Assembly (NCBI RefSeq): GCF_009914755.1
Contig: NC_060938.1
Length of the DNA stretch: 64,000 nucleotides
From: the human T2T-CHM13v2.0 reference genome, Homo sapiens
Reading direction: 5' to 3' (one strand)
The notes beneath the pieces were generated by a model that was not told the origin of the DNA, ran no database searches, and saw only the letters and a list, made by a program, of their open reading frames with translations. Positions 45,251-58,688 of the stretch are shown here, in pieces. The position numbers and the translations under genes are program-made. The stretch's first letter is position 1; each line of letters opens with the position of its first letter.

Positions 45251-48200
45251 ACCCCCTTGGGTAGCACTGGCTTCTGCTCCTACAAAGCCCTGGGGACGTC
45301 CCTGTTGGCCCCTGGTCTCCTCATCCTGGTCTGAGTTCTAGCTCTCCCACTATCATCTCTTCTGAACTAGGCCTTGAGCTTCTGCTCAAGTGACCTGTGG
45401 GGGTCTCTGGAGGGATCCAGGTGGTGTCACCTCCAGGTGGGTGGTCCCCCTAAGGTGGTGGTCTTCTGTCCTAGAGGTCCAAGCCCGCTTGGTGAAGTCA
45501 GCACTATGCTCCCAGGGCTACCCGAGGCTGGCACTGGCACAACTACCTGAGGATGGCTCGCAGGGCAGTCGGGAGCTGCTGCTGGCTCTGTCCTGGCTCT
45601 TGGCCCGAGGACCTGTGCCCGAGCAGATGCTGGCCCAGGCCCGAGTGCCTCTGGGTGACGAGATGACTGTGTGCCAGGTGCGTGTGGGTGAGGGTGAGCT
45701 GAGCCAGCCCTGGTCTCAACTCCTGGGGCCAGAGCAAGGGCAGGCCTGGGTCAGCCCCCTCTGTCTGCTTTGCTCCTCAGGGCAGTCCCATGAAGGGTTA
45801 CCCAGCTGCCCAGCTGAAAGCACGGAGGCTCCCTGTGCAGGGAGCACCCGTTGTTTTTGGCTGTGCCTCCACTACCGTCTCCATCCTGGCCTTTTCTGGG
45901 GGGCAGGGTGGGGTGGGAGCAGGGCCTGACCCTTGCCCCTCTCCAGTGTGAGGCCCTGGCCAGCCCTGGCCCACCTGCACCCCACATGGAAGCAGAGGGT
46001 CCTGTGGATGTCCGCCATGTGCAGTGGCTGATGGGAAAGCTGCGGTTCCGGTGGCGCCAGCTGGTGTCCAGTCAGCAGGAGCAGTGCGCCCTCCTGAGCA
46101 AGGTAGAGCTGGCACAGGGCTTCCACTCAGGGGCTGTGTCCCGTGCTGCAGGCCGCCAGCTGCCAGTCCCTGCAGCCCGTCCCGTGAGGCCTGGCACAGG
46201 CTTTTGGCTGGATGTGGGCCTTCCTGCCCTGGCTTACCCAAAGCCTGAGCCCGTGGTTCCCGGTGGTCCTTGTAGGGGGCAGGGCTGGGCAGGGAGCCCA
46301 GTGGGGTGGGCAATGGTGGGCAGAAACGGGTGTCAGAGAGCTCACAGAATTTGCCTTTCTGTTCCCAAAAGTTACCAGTGGACTTCCAGCTCTGTGAACA
46401 GTGGGATGGGGTCTGTGCCATGAAAGCCACTCCCTCCTGGGCACTGGAGGGGGAGGAAGACAGCTCCTGTTGCCACCACATCCTGGTGGGGGCTGACTTG
46501 CGGGGTGGACAGCTCCTGTGGGGTCCTGAAGGTGGCAGGGGCTGGCTCAGGGGCACAGGTACCCAGTGGTGTGTCCACTGTGAGGCCAGCGCTGACAGGT
46601 GGGTCTGTGGCAGCGGCGGGCTCCCACCAGCGCGGGACTCCTTGGAGACCCCCCCATCCCACCCTTGCAGAGGGTCTGTTGCTCAGCTGGCCTTTCCAGG
46701 GACCTCTCACCCCGTCGGGCCTGGCCTTGGCACCAGCTGCTCCGCTTACTTATGTGCCTACCTGTGACCCTCTGTGCCACCTTCCAGCCTCCCTTTTTTG
46801 GGGAGCCTTCCCCATTTCCCTAGATCCAAGCAGTCGTTCATGTCCCCACTGTGAGCCTGGCTGAACTGCTGTGCCTGTCCAGAGGCTGTTCCTCCCCTGA
46901 TGCTGCTGGGGAAGCCAGGGCACCCCACTCCAATCTTGCTGCTGCTTGGAAGCTGGGCGGGGTGGGGAGGCCATCAGTGAAATTGCCTGGCGCCCCCTTG
47001 CAGGAGACCCCAGCGGTGCTGATGGTTGTTCTGCACCCAGCCCAGCCCCGCCAACCTCAGGCAAGGAGTGGCTTTCTCTGAGCCCTCTTTCCTCATCTGG
47101 GAGGTGGGCTCTGATGGCCGACCTCCCTGGACTCATGGAGACTCAGCGTTGGGGGAGGTGCTTGACTGCCACTCAGCCTGGGGTCTGCACTACCTGTTTT
47201 AGATCCACCTGTACACACGCGGCTGCCACAGCGACCAGAGCCTTAGCCATCTGTCTGTCACTGAAGCAGAGATGCTCAGGGACCCAGAGGGAGGCCAGCA
47301 GGTGAGGGCGGGCAAGCTGCTGCGGGGGGGTGGGGGTGGGCTGGGGGGCGCAGCAGGGGGACTGCCCAGGGTGGGAGGGGCCTGGGGGCGGGGCAGCTCT
47401 TGGGCCTCCAGCGGTGGGTGTCTCTGCATGTCTGCCACTGATCATTGCCAGCCTGGGTGACAGACAGCTTCTCTGGGCCTCTCCTAGCCTCATGGGCCAC
47501 TCACCCTTCCCTTCCACAAATCAAGACGTGGCACGGGTGGGGGCCCAGGACGCAGGAGCCTGGGCTGGGCAGGCAGCTGGCTAAGGGCAGGCTGTTGGAA
47601 TAAAGGAACACAGATCTCAGGTGTGAGCTGGTGGTGTTGGCATCTCAAGCAGGTCTCACTTGGTGTGTCAGGGGGCACCTAGGGGTGTGGGGGGCCAGCC
47701 CACACTGGGTGAAGGGTTGGGCACAGGGCTGACTGTGGGAGGGGACAACTGCCCTTCAGAACCCAAGGCCAGGCCCACATGGGGTGTGCTGGACCGAGCC
47801 TCCCAAGCTGGAGCCAGCTCCATAGGCCCTGGAGACTTGCAGTCCCGTTCTGCTTGCTACACCCGGACCACCCGGGGGCACGGCGCTTTCTAGGCAGGCC
47901 TGCCCCCGGCGACCGGGGCTCTGTGGTCCCAGGCAGATCCTGAGCCCTGGATAGCATAGACCTGGAGGAAAACCTGCCTCTGAGCCCCAGGTGGCTGTGT
48001 GACCTTGGGGAGACAGCATCCTCCTCTGACTGGGGCTGCTGGAGCACTGACCCAAGTGTTAGGGTTGACCTAGCCCCAGGCATCTTCCCCAGGGATGGCC
48101 GCTTCCTCGCACCCTGCTGCTGGCCTTCCATCCTCATCCTTCTTTCTGGGGGTCTGCCCGCCCGTCATCACTGGCTTCTTCCTCTTGGCTGGCTTGGTTT

Positions 48201-51200
48201 CAGGGGATAGGGCAGGGCTGGCTGCCACTCTTTTAATTTATTTTATTTATTTGAGACAGAGTCTCGCTGTGTCGCCCAGGCTGGCATGCAGTGGCACAGT
48301 CTTGGCTCACTGCAACCTCCGTCTCCTGGGTTCAAGCGATTTTCCTATCTCAACCTCCTGAGTAGCTGGGACTACAGGCACCTGTCACCACGTCTGGCTA
48401 ATTTTTTTGTATTTTTAGTAGAGACGGGGTTTTGCCACGTTGGCCAGGCTGGTCTCGAACTCCTGACCTCTGGTGATCCACCTGCCTCGACCTCCCAGAG
48501 TGCTGGGATTACAGGCGTGAGCCAACCACTTGGGCTGGGCTCTGTACTGTCCTGAATGACGGGCTGGCACTGTCCTGCTCCAGGTGCATATGGCCGGGCA
48601 GGAGGGCAGAGGCTCAGGGCTGGTGTGACCTCTTCTTCCAGACCCAGTCCCCCTTCTCTGCCTCTTCCCTCTCCAATCCCAGAGACTTGGCCCCTGTACC
48701 TCATCCCAGGCCTGCCCAGGGGGACCTAGGGGTCAGAGGCGGATGGCCTGGCTCCTGGCCCCTAGTCTTGTGTCTGCTGGGGCTTCCTGCTCGTAGCAAG
48801 GGCCTGTGGGTTCCAGCTCTGCAGCCCAAGCCTGGGGGATTGCATGCCTCACTCATGGGCTTACAGGGCCCAACCCCTGACGCCTGCCTGGCCCCTGGTG
48901 CCAGCTGGACCTGTGTCCCTGGCTGAAGCCGGGCTGGCGCCCACCCAGTCAGCCTGCACTGGCGTTGGCAGTGCTGAGGCAGCATCCGGGCGTCCTGGTC
49001 TGCCCTTGTCCCTACCTGCCTTGTAGAGGCGGCTCAGCGAAGCCCAGGCTTCTGGCCCCTGGGACCCCTGGGTTGGGGCAGAGCAGAGGCTGCCCTGGCC
49101 CCAGGCTGCTCCTGCCCAGTGCCTCTGTGGGACCACCCTCTGTGGTGGGCTGGGGGGGCCTGGAAGTGAGGCCCCGCCCTCTCCCCGAAGCTGTGTGCGG
49201 CACTGGCCAGGTGGACTGGGGCCATGGCTGGCTTCCTTCCAAGGTTTCTGGAGCGGGAGCCGCCCAAAACCTGGACCTGGCCTACCCAAAGTGCCTGCAC
49301 TCCTTCTGCACTCCTGGGATGGGTCCCAGAACCTTCTGGAATGATCTGTGGCTGGTATGTGAGCAGCCAGGTCTGCTGCCGGGTGACTGGGCAGCGCCCT
49401 TGGATCCTGGTGGGGCCTCAGCCTGCAGCCTGCTCTCCCCTTTTAGGGCGGTAAGTCGGGGAGGCTGGCAGGGAAGTGGAGACCGCAGGACTTGGGGGTG
49501 GGTGGGAGGGGGTGGCGAGGGGGTGTGTTTGCTCCTCCTCTCCTGCCTGCTCCCACCCCTGGCCCTTACCTTCTTGGGAACTGTGGTGATTGCCTTCTGT
49601 CAGGTGTGTTGAAGCGGCCGTACCCATGGTGGAGGCCTTTGCTCTTCTTGTGGCGTGCTGGGGTGGGCAGGTGGGCTGCAGCCCCAGCACCAGCCTGCTC
49701 CAGCTCCCACACCGCCCACAGACCTCCCTGTCCTCATATTCTCTGACCGCAGGCCTGCCTGCCTCTGCTCTGCTCCGCCCCAGAGGGGCTGGGTTGGACC
49801 TGGTGTTCAAGGCCATTCCTATCTGCCCCCCAGCCCACTGCTGGAGCCCCAGGCCCCTGCAGCCTGCTCCACACTCTGGGTTCCCGGGGGAAGCAGGGGT
49901 AGAGTGGGGCAGGATTCAGGTGTAGAGGGCCTGTCCCCAGCAGGGGTCCCCTTGCCCCGGGCCCAGGGTCACTGGTACAGATAGCCCATGTGCGAACCTG
50001 GGAGGCCTTCCGTGTGTGGGCAGAGCAGCTGCTGTGTCCTGGCCATTCTCCAGCCGCCTGTCTGTGGGCACTGTGGGCAGGTACCTTTGTGCAGGGCCAT
50101 GGGGCAGGCAGGGCGGGGTCTCCTGGCCCTGCCTGACCCTTCACTTGGGAATGTCAAGTGTGGCTCAGCTCTGCCTTCTCTGCCACCTGGGTCACTAGGC
50201 AGACTCCTCACTGCCTTAGGGGGTCCCTGAAGTTACAGGGGATGGGTTTTCCCTCCCCCAGAGCCTGGCTTGCTCCTTCGTTTGGGGCCTCCCCGTCCGC
50301 CTGCAGTCCCCGGATACAGCCCGCATTCAGTGAGGGCTGTGGGGCAGAGGTCTAGGCTTGAGAGGCACCTGGACCTGTCCCTGACCTTGTTGGACTGGCA
50401 GTGGGGCTGGTGTGGGGGACAGCGGATGTCCTCAGAGCCGGGGGGCAGCTCTTGCCTGGCAGGCAGGGCCTGGCCGTGCACTGGTTGGGGGCTGCCCTGC
50501 ACTGCAGAAAGGACAGGTGGGCTGTGGCGTCCGCACCACACCAGGGTGCCCTGCTCATCGCTCTGGCCAGAGAACCTGGGCGCAGGCAGGGGAGGGCTGC
50601 AGGGGCGGGGCGTGAGCTAGGCGTTGGGCCGGGTGTCGGCGCTGGGTCCAGCTGTCCATCCGACTGTCTGTCCATGGGGTCCCGTGTGAGGTTCTAGGCC
50701 AGCTGCCGTTTGCCTTCCAGCTGCTGCGGACTCTGGAGCGTGAGAACCAGCGCCTGGAGGCTGTCCTGGCGTGGCGGCGCTCTGAGCTGGTCTTCTGGCG
50801 GTGGATGGTGAGGAAGCCCGCGCATCCCTCTCCCGGCATCCCTTCCCACAGCAGCCCCCAGGTGGGGCATTCGGGATCTTCCTGTTTTCCAGACAGGAAG
50901 AGGGGCTTTTAGGGAGGCCACAGACCTAGTGTAGGCTCTTTCTAGGACTTCCACTCGCCTTCTGGGGAGGTCCACTGCTGCCCCCGCCCTCAGCTCCATG
51001 GCCTTCTAGAGTGTGGCCTTTGTGCCTCCCTGGACGTCACAGTTGCTGAGATGGTGGCATCCAGCCCGCTGTGGGACCTGGGGGACTACCACTGCCCTCT
51101 TTGCCCTCTGTCCCTCTGTCCCCTTGGCTTGGTGCACGCTGTCTCACTTGGGTCTCTGTAGGACACGGTCCTGGGCACCTGTGCCCCGGAGGTGCCTGCT

Positions 51201-52310
51201 GCAGCCTCACAGCCCACCTTCCTGCCCTGGGTCCCCGAGCGCGGGGGTGGCGAGTTGGACCTGGTAGTGCGGGAGCTGCAGGCACTGGAGGAGGAGCTGC
51301 GGGAGGCTGCGGAGCGCAGGCGGGCGGCCTGGGAGGCCAAGGTGAGTGCCAGCCTCGCTCTGGGCACCAGCCCAGCCCCACCTTCGGGGGATGGCTGACC
51401 TGAGGGCACTTTGGACTTGCTGAATCCTACAGTTGCATTTGTCAAGCATGGCAGGGGACACACTTAGAGGCACGTACCCTGAGGGAGCGGGAGGGCACCT
51501 GGTGAGGAGCCGCAGCTGCTGCGAGACAGCCCCCGCCCCTCCTGCGGGAGGTCTGTTGTCTGATTCTTTGCATGAGGGAGGGAAGCCCGTGCTGTGTGGG
51601 CCCTGCTGCTCCCATGCGTCCGCCACACATGCATCACACGGTAGTAGTCACTCCTCCACACCTGCCTGGGACCCGTCTAACCTCCTGGTGGCCACCTGGG
51701 CCTCCACCCTAGACTCAGAGCTGCCCGCTTAACCTGCGCAGGTTCATGGCTGTGAACACGGGGCTGTGTTGGCTCCATCTATTTTCTTTTTCTGAAGAGT
51801 TTTAACTTAAATTGCAGGCATGATTTTCCCCTTAAAATTTTCAGTAAGCCTCTCTGAAGAGCATGGGCGTTTCCCGCATGCCTGCAGCGCCTGCACCTGA
51901 GTCTGGGCTCAGGGAATGCTCAGGGAGCCTGAGGCCAGTGTCCTGGGGGGACAGAGCCATTGCCATTGTGTCCCACGCAGGCTGGAGGCTGTGGACGGGG
52001 GCCAGAGTGGAGTGCCGCGCGGCGGGCCTCTCGGGAGGCTGTGGAAAAGGAGCTGGGAGCTCTACAGCAGTGCTGGGAGCGAGACGGTGGCCCGGCCCAG
52101 CCCCATGGGCCACACCGGCTGGTGAGACGAGAGGATGGGGCAGCAGGGGACCGGGACCTGCGGGCAGCTGTGGTGATCAGGACGCTGAGGAGCCAGGAGG
52201 CCTGCCTGGAGGCGGTGCTACGTCGACTACAGGGACAGTGTCGGCAGGAACTGGCCAGGCTGGTGGGAGCCCGCCCTGGTCTCATCTGGATCCCGCCACC
52301 TGGACGCTGA
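44744..52310 (+). CDS. TEDC1: Tubulin epsilon and delta complex protein 1 (C14orf80), 495 aa
   Basis: Exons 44744-44890, 44990-45068, 45475-45677, 45947-46102, 47203-47301, 49244-49450, 50721-50807, 51162-51341, 51981-52310 (TGA), totalling 1488 nt. [61 protein letters not shown]...[10 protein letters not shown], with C-terminal coiled-coil-like segments. Confidence 0.95.
48231..48539 (-). mobile_element. Alu, antisense, TEDC1 intron 5
   Basis: (TTTA)n tail and reverse Alu consensus. Confidence 0.95.
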
Positions 52311-52568
52311 GGGCCTGTCGACGGGCCCTCGTGTGGGAAGCCTGCCCTGGCCCAGCCTGGCTGGGTCTTGGAGGAGCAGATTCCAAGGCCAGGTGGCCGC
52401 AGGGACGATGCAGATGCAGAGCCCACGTCACATGCTCGCTCCAGGGGTGGGGCTGGGCTGACTCTGGCCGGATCCCAGGCCTGTGGCTAGCAGCACTGGG
52501 GACAGGAATGGCTGGTCCCTTGAGGAGGTCGTGACAGGCTCAGCCTGGTGGTCTGGAGGGGACTCGGA

Positions 52569-52574
52569 AATAAA
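52569..52574 (+). terminator. TEDC1: TEDC1 polyadenylation signal AATAAA
   Basis: First AATAAA, ~260 nt after the stop. Confidence 0.85.
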
Positions 52575-54446
52575 TTGTAGCAGCTTTCCTGCCGCTGGCC
52601 CTCCCCCTGCCACCCTGTCGGGTTTCCCTGTTTGGGGGTGGGAGCGTGGAGGAGCCCCTGGGCAGTGGTGGCCAGTGTAGGGCTGGCCAGGTGCTGGAGG
52701 ACATGCATACCCCAGCACTGGTGAGTGGCAGGACCACGGGGAGGTGGCACAGGCCTCCCTGGAGCGGGATTATCTCGGCCCCGCCCCCCTTCATTTGGGC
52801 TCCCGCTGTGGGCCTGGCCCTGGGCTGTGAGCACAGCTGCCCCCGCCTCCGGCCATGGCTGTGCCTGGTGGGTGCGCCGGATGGGAGCCCCGGGCTCTGC
52901 TCCTTCCCGGGAGGTGGTGCTCCGGGTGGGGAGGCACAGCATGGACAGAGGGGCTTTGTTCCAGAGGCTGCTCAGCAAGCTCAGCTCATCCCTGACAAAG
53001 AGCCATCTGTGTCCGGGGGACGTGCCTCAGCCTGGCGGAAGGAGGCTCGGCCTCATGGCACCCCCCCCCCCGCCCCCCACCAGCAGACACAGGTGGCCCT
53101 GAGGCCTCCAGCCCTGCCTGCCTTGCCGGGCTCCCCTCTCTTCTGGGGCTGTCGGACTCTGACCTGAGGTGGGCAGACGATGGGGCTTGTGGGGCCACCT
53201 CCAGGCTCCTGCCGGCCCTGCCCCGAGGCCACGTCCATTCCCCCTGCCAGAACATGCTCTCACTGGGGCATGTGCCTGAGTGACAGCACACACCTGGGGC
53301 TCCAGCTCCAGTCTCAGCCTGTCTGGGCCTCCTTGGTCCCAGGGGTGGACACGCCTAGACCGCCTGCCTTCCCATTCCGGTGCATGGGACCCAGGAGCAC
53401 CGGCAAGACCTGGCCGTGGCCAGCAAGGCCTCCCTTTCAGGAGCACCTCTCTGACCCTCTCATGCAGCTGGGCCTCCTGTGGGCCACCAGGATTTGTGCA
53501 AATGCTCCCTGGCCTGCGCCACCCTCCGGCCCCTCCGCCAGCTCCTCCTAAGGGCTCCTGCCACCTCCACCTGCTGGTTCCAGCTCTGTTCCAGGCCCTC
53601 AGACCTCAACCCTCCTCCACCTGCAGCCTCTGAAGGTCCCCCGTGCTCTCAGCAACCCTCGACTGCCGGACAGGGCTCTTCTTGGGCTGGGAGCAAGTCC
53701 ACTTGAAGCCCTGCTTTTTATAAACTGCCACAGAACCAGGACTCTCACGGGCCTGGGGGACTTGATTTTTACGAGCACAAAAGCAGGCTTATTGTCATGG
53801 AGTTGTCACCTCTCGATGTGATGCGTGAATTCAGGGCAGTCCAAGTCCTGGGTGCGCGTGTGCCCCCATGATGCTGGCGGTGGAGAGGGCCTGAGAGGCC
53901 AGGGCCTGCGGGAGGGAAGCCGGCAGGGTGCCCTAGTGCTGCCCGTCATGATGGAGCAGGGATGGGACCCTGGCCTTCAGCTCTAGTTGTTATCACACAT
54001 GCAGTGGCTCGAGTCGCCTGAAGTCACGCCCTCTTGTTCTGTGGGTCGGGGGTTGCCAGTCCACAGGGTTAAAGCTGGATGGGCAGGCAGGGCTGTGTGG
54101 CCCCCAGCTCAGAGCAGGCATGGAGGTCCTCACAACACTGCCTCTCTGACACTCTCCTGCCTCCCTCCCCTGCCTTCAGGAGCCCGAGTCATCCTCAAGA
54201 CCCCCATCCCCTCTGTCCCCATAGACTTCCTGTCTTAAGGCCAGCTGCAGCTTTTCCCTTCTGTCTTGCGACCTGCCCCAGACCCACGGAACAGCCTGGA
54301 GGCCCACAGTGTCGGCCTGGCTGGGGCAGTAGGGCCCTGCACCCTGGACGAGCCAGCATCTGTGTAAGGACAGTGCAGTTTGCTTCCCAGGAAGACAGAG
54401 GCGAAGATGGCCTCACAGGAAACAGCAGAGGTCACCTGGCGCGTGA

Positions 54447-54791
<345 letters not shown>

Positions 54792-54820
54792 AAAACTAAT
54801 GTTTATTAAGAGGTGGTGCA

Positions 54821-55122
54821 GCTGGATGCAGTGGCTCATGCCTGTAATCCCAGCGCTTTGGGAGGCCTGGATGGGAGGATTGCATGAGCCTGGGAGATCA
54901 AGACCAGCCTGGGCAACATAGGGAGGCCCCACCACTACAAAAAATAAAAAAAGCAGCTGGGTGTAGTGGCGTGTGCCTGTAGTCCCAGCTACATAGAAGG
55001 GAGGCCGAGACAGGAGGATCGCTTGAGCCTGGAGACCAAGGCTATGAGGCCAAGTGAGCTATGATCTTGTTACTGCACTCCAGCCTGGGCAACAGAGTGA
55101 GACCCTATATGAAAAAGAAAAA
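54821..55122 (+). mobile_element. Alu (AluJ-like)
   Basis: GCTGGATGCAGTGGCTCATGCCTGTAATCCCAGC...A-rich tail. Confidence 0.9.
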
Positions 55123-55395
55123 ACGATTAATGAGATGGAAGTGCAGTGTCTCATACGCTTGCCTATTCTGTTCCGGCTGGCTCAGCCTTCCTGGCCTCTG
55201 CTTCCCTTTCTGCACTACAGGGCTCCTTCACCTGGTCCTGGCTGACCCTGCCTTGAGGGATGAGGCTGGTTGGGACTCCGGCCAGGTCAGGATCACAACC
55301 TCTGGGGCCTGTGGTGGTCGCACCTCCCCCTGGAGCCCAGGGAATGTGTCCTACGGCCTCTGAAGTCCCGCCTTGGTTGGACAGGAGGGTTTCTC

Positions 55396-56061
55396 TTTTT
55401 TTTTTTTTTTTTTTTTGAGACAAGATGTTGCTCTGTCACTCAGTGGCACAGTCAGCTCACTGCAGCCTCCATCTTCCAGGATCAAGTCATCCTCCCACCT
55501 CAGCCTCCTGAGTGGCTGGGACTGCAGCCTCGATCTTCCGGGATCAAGTCATCCTCCCACCTCAGCCTCCTGAGTGGCTGGGACTGCAGCCTCGATCTTC
55601 CGGGATCAAGTCATCCTCCCACCTCAGCCTCCTGAGTGGCTGGGACTGCAGCCTCCATCTTCCGGGATCAAGTCATCCTCCCACCTCAGCCTCCTGAGTG
55701 GCTGGGACTGCAGCCTCCATCTTCCGGGATCAAGTCATCCTCCCACCTCAGCCTCCTGAGTGGCTGGGACTGCAGCCTCGATCTTCCGGGATCAAGTCAT
55801 CCTCCCACCTCAGCCTCCTGAGTGGCTGGGACTGCAGCCTCGATCTTCCGGGATCAAGTCATCCTCCCACCTCAGCCTCCTGAGTGGCTGGGACTGCAGG
55901 CGCGTGCCACCATGCCCAGCTAATTTTTGTATTTTCATTTTTAGTAGACGCAGGGTTTCACCATGCCGCCCAGGTTGGTCCCAAACTCCTGGGCTCAAGT
56001 GATCTGCCTGCCTCTACCTCCCAAAGTGCCGGGATTACAGGCGTAGGCCACCGCTCCTGGC
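55396..56061 (-). mobile_element. Alu (AluJ-like) with internal 62-bp x7 tandem amplification
   Basis: Alu head and tail intact. ACTGCAG recurs at 55459, 55521, 55583, 55645, 55707, 55769, 55831 and 55893. Confidence 0.95.
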
Positions 56062-56873
56062 AGGAGAGAAGTGTTTCTGAGTGGTTCCTGTTTATCTCAT
56101 GGGGACCCTGACCGCTCAGTCCACACTGCCCTTGTCTACCCCATGGCCTTGGGTGTGGTTGTGGCTGGTGGCTCTGAAGTCCTGCACCTGGGCTCAGCCT
56201 CCAGCTGTCTGTCCCTGCGTGTGAGCCTGCATTGGCTCTGCAGCCATCCCTGACCTCAGAGTGGTCGGAGGGTGTCCTGCCCGGCCTCTCGCTGCCCTGC
56301 CTGGCTGTGCTGGGCTGGTCCCTCAGTCATTCTACTTGAAGTCACGTGGTGCCCAATATGTGCCATTCTGAGGGGCCCCATGGCCACGTCCCAGAGGGAA
56401 GAGCAAACACCATAGAGGAAAGTGCTCACAGCTGGAGGACATGGGTGCCCGCCGGGGCTCAGCCCCAAGGGGGGCACAAGCTGAGAGTAGGCAGGGCCCA
56501 GGCTTCTGCCCCCATCCGCTGGTGGGGAGGTTCTGTGGCTCAGAGGAGGTGGGTTTGGAGGACAGCTGGACTAGGTGGGTTCTGGCCCACTGGGGCACAG
56601 GATTGGCCGCTGTCTTGGTTGCGGGTGTGATGTAGGGAGCTGTGGTGGCTGGGCCCATGGTGGTTTGAGAGCTGGGCAGGCTGGGGTGGGCACTGCTGCT
56701 TGGTAGCCCGGCTCTGACCTGCTCACAATCTTGGCATCTTAGTGGGTGTCAGGTGGGCAGTTGGCTGCGTGAACCTGGAATTTGGGGCTGGAGAATGGAA
56801 TGTGAGAATGCAGGGTGTGGGTGGGCTCAGCCGGGGTGGGAGGCAGGGCAGGGCAGGGCAGGGCCCCAGGGTG

Positions 56874-56942
56874 CGGTGGGCCCGGGGCTGGTGAGGGGCC
56901 CGGGGCTGGTGAGGGGCCTGGGGCTGGTGAGGGGCCTGGGTC
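56874..56942. repeat. 18-bp tandem repeat, ~3.5 copies
   Basis: GGGGCCYGGGGCTGGTGA repeated. Confidence 0.8.
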
Positions 56943-57559
56943 TGAGGCCTGAGCCTGGGCCTGCACAGTGGTAGGAAGCACAGGCAGGGCAGAGGGGATG
57001 GCTGGCAAGTGGGGGTGCGGTCAAGTTGGGGGTCTTGGTGGCCAAGTAAAGACAGTGCTTCCGGACGGAGGGGCTTATCACCTGTGCTGCTGAGGGACAG
57101 GGCCGGGGGCTGAAGATCACGCTTGGAGTGGGGGCTACACACCTGACAGAGGGGGATGAGGGGGGCCACGGAGGAGGACACCAGGGCTGTGCTCTCACCA
57201 GGTCTCCAGGGTCTTGCCATAAACTGCAGCGAAGACATAGGATGCTGGCTGCAGAGGTTTGGGCTGCAGCCTCCTAAATGTGGGGCCTGTATCTTTTTAA
57301 AATGAGCCTAGGATTTGTTGTAATCAGGGAGGGTAACACACAGACGCAGGAATGACCGTCTTGTAGGAAGAAAGTTCTTTTATCCACAGAGAGTGGGGGC
57401 TGCTCCACGCAGCTGGGTGGTCGGGGCACAGGAATGGGCAAGACGTCAGCGTCAAAACTACAGAAAAAGACGCGCTTAGTGAGGTGGTACAACAGCTACC
57501 ACGACCTCAGCTAATAAAAAAATGTGGGCCTTGAAGTGGGGGACCCATGGCTTGTCACG

Positions 57560-57945
57560 CTGGTGGGAGGCACCGGGCTTGGGGAGGCACTGGGCTGGAG
57601 GGGGCGCCGGGCTGGTGGGGGCGCCAGGCTGGAGAGGACACCCAGCTGGCGGGGGTGCCGGGCTGGTGGGGGATGTTGGGCGGGCAGAGCCCTGGGCTGG
57701 TGGGGGCGCTGGGCCGGTTGGGGTATCGGAGGGGACCGCCAGGCTGGAGGGGGGGGCGCCAGGCTGGAGGGGGCACTGGGCTGGTGGGGTGCTGGGGTGG
57801 AGGAGCTCTGGGCTGGTGGAGGAGCTCTGGGCTGGTGGGGGTGCCTGGCTAGAGGGGACGCTGGGCTGGTGATGCCCCGGGCTGGTGGAGCCCTGGGAGG
57901 TGGGGGTGCCTGGCTGGAGGGGATGCCAGGCTGGTGGGGCCCTGG
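57560..57945. repeat. Degenerate G-rich repeat (GGGCTGGWGGGGG)
   Basis: Many imperfect copies of GGCTGGTGGGG/GGCTGGAGGGG at ~18-19 bp spacing. Confidence 0.75.
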
Positions 57946-58346
57946 CATGAAGCTGGCATTGTGATCAGAGTGTGCTCCAGTGACTTGGAAAGCAGACACA
58001 CCACTGCCAGCCCTGTAGTTTCAGGGAAGAGGGAGGAAAAGGCCTGGATGTTACTGGCGAGGGCCGTGTGCACCTGGCCCCATGTCGCCCCTAGGAGATG
58101 GGCTGGGGCGAGGCCTTGCCGGCATGAGAGCAGAAGCAAAGGGCAGTAGAGAGGGAGGGAGTTCGGGGCCTTGCCTGTGGGAAAAACCTGCTGCTCCTGA
58201 GCCCAGAGTACAGGAAGTTCAAGAGCCGTTTAGCCACGAAGTCCTATTAATTTAACATCCCTCCGTTAACTGAAGGGCCAGGACCTTGCTGTGAACGTCC
58301 TCCTAGGGCGTGGCTGTCGACAGTGAGGGACAGAACTGCTAGATGA

Positions 58347-58688
<342 letters not shown>

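Noticed and set aside
55270-56111. Series of near-identical 61-aa ORFs
   Set aside because: Product of the Alu-internal 62-bp repeat.
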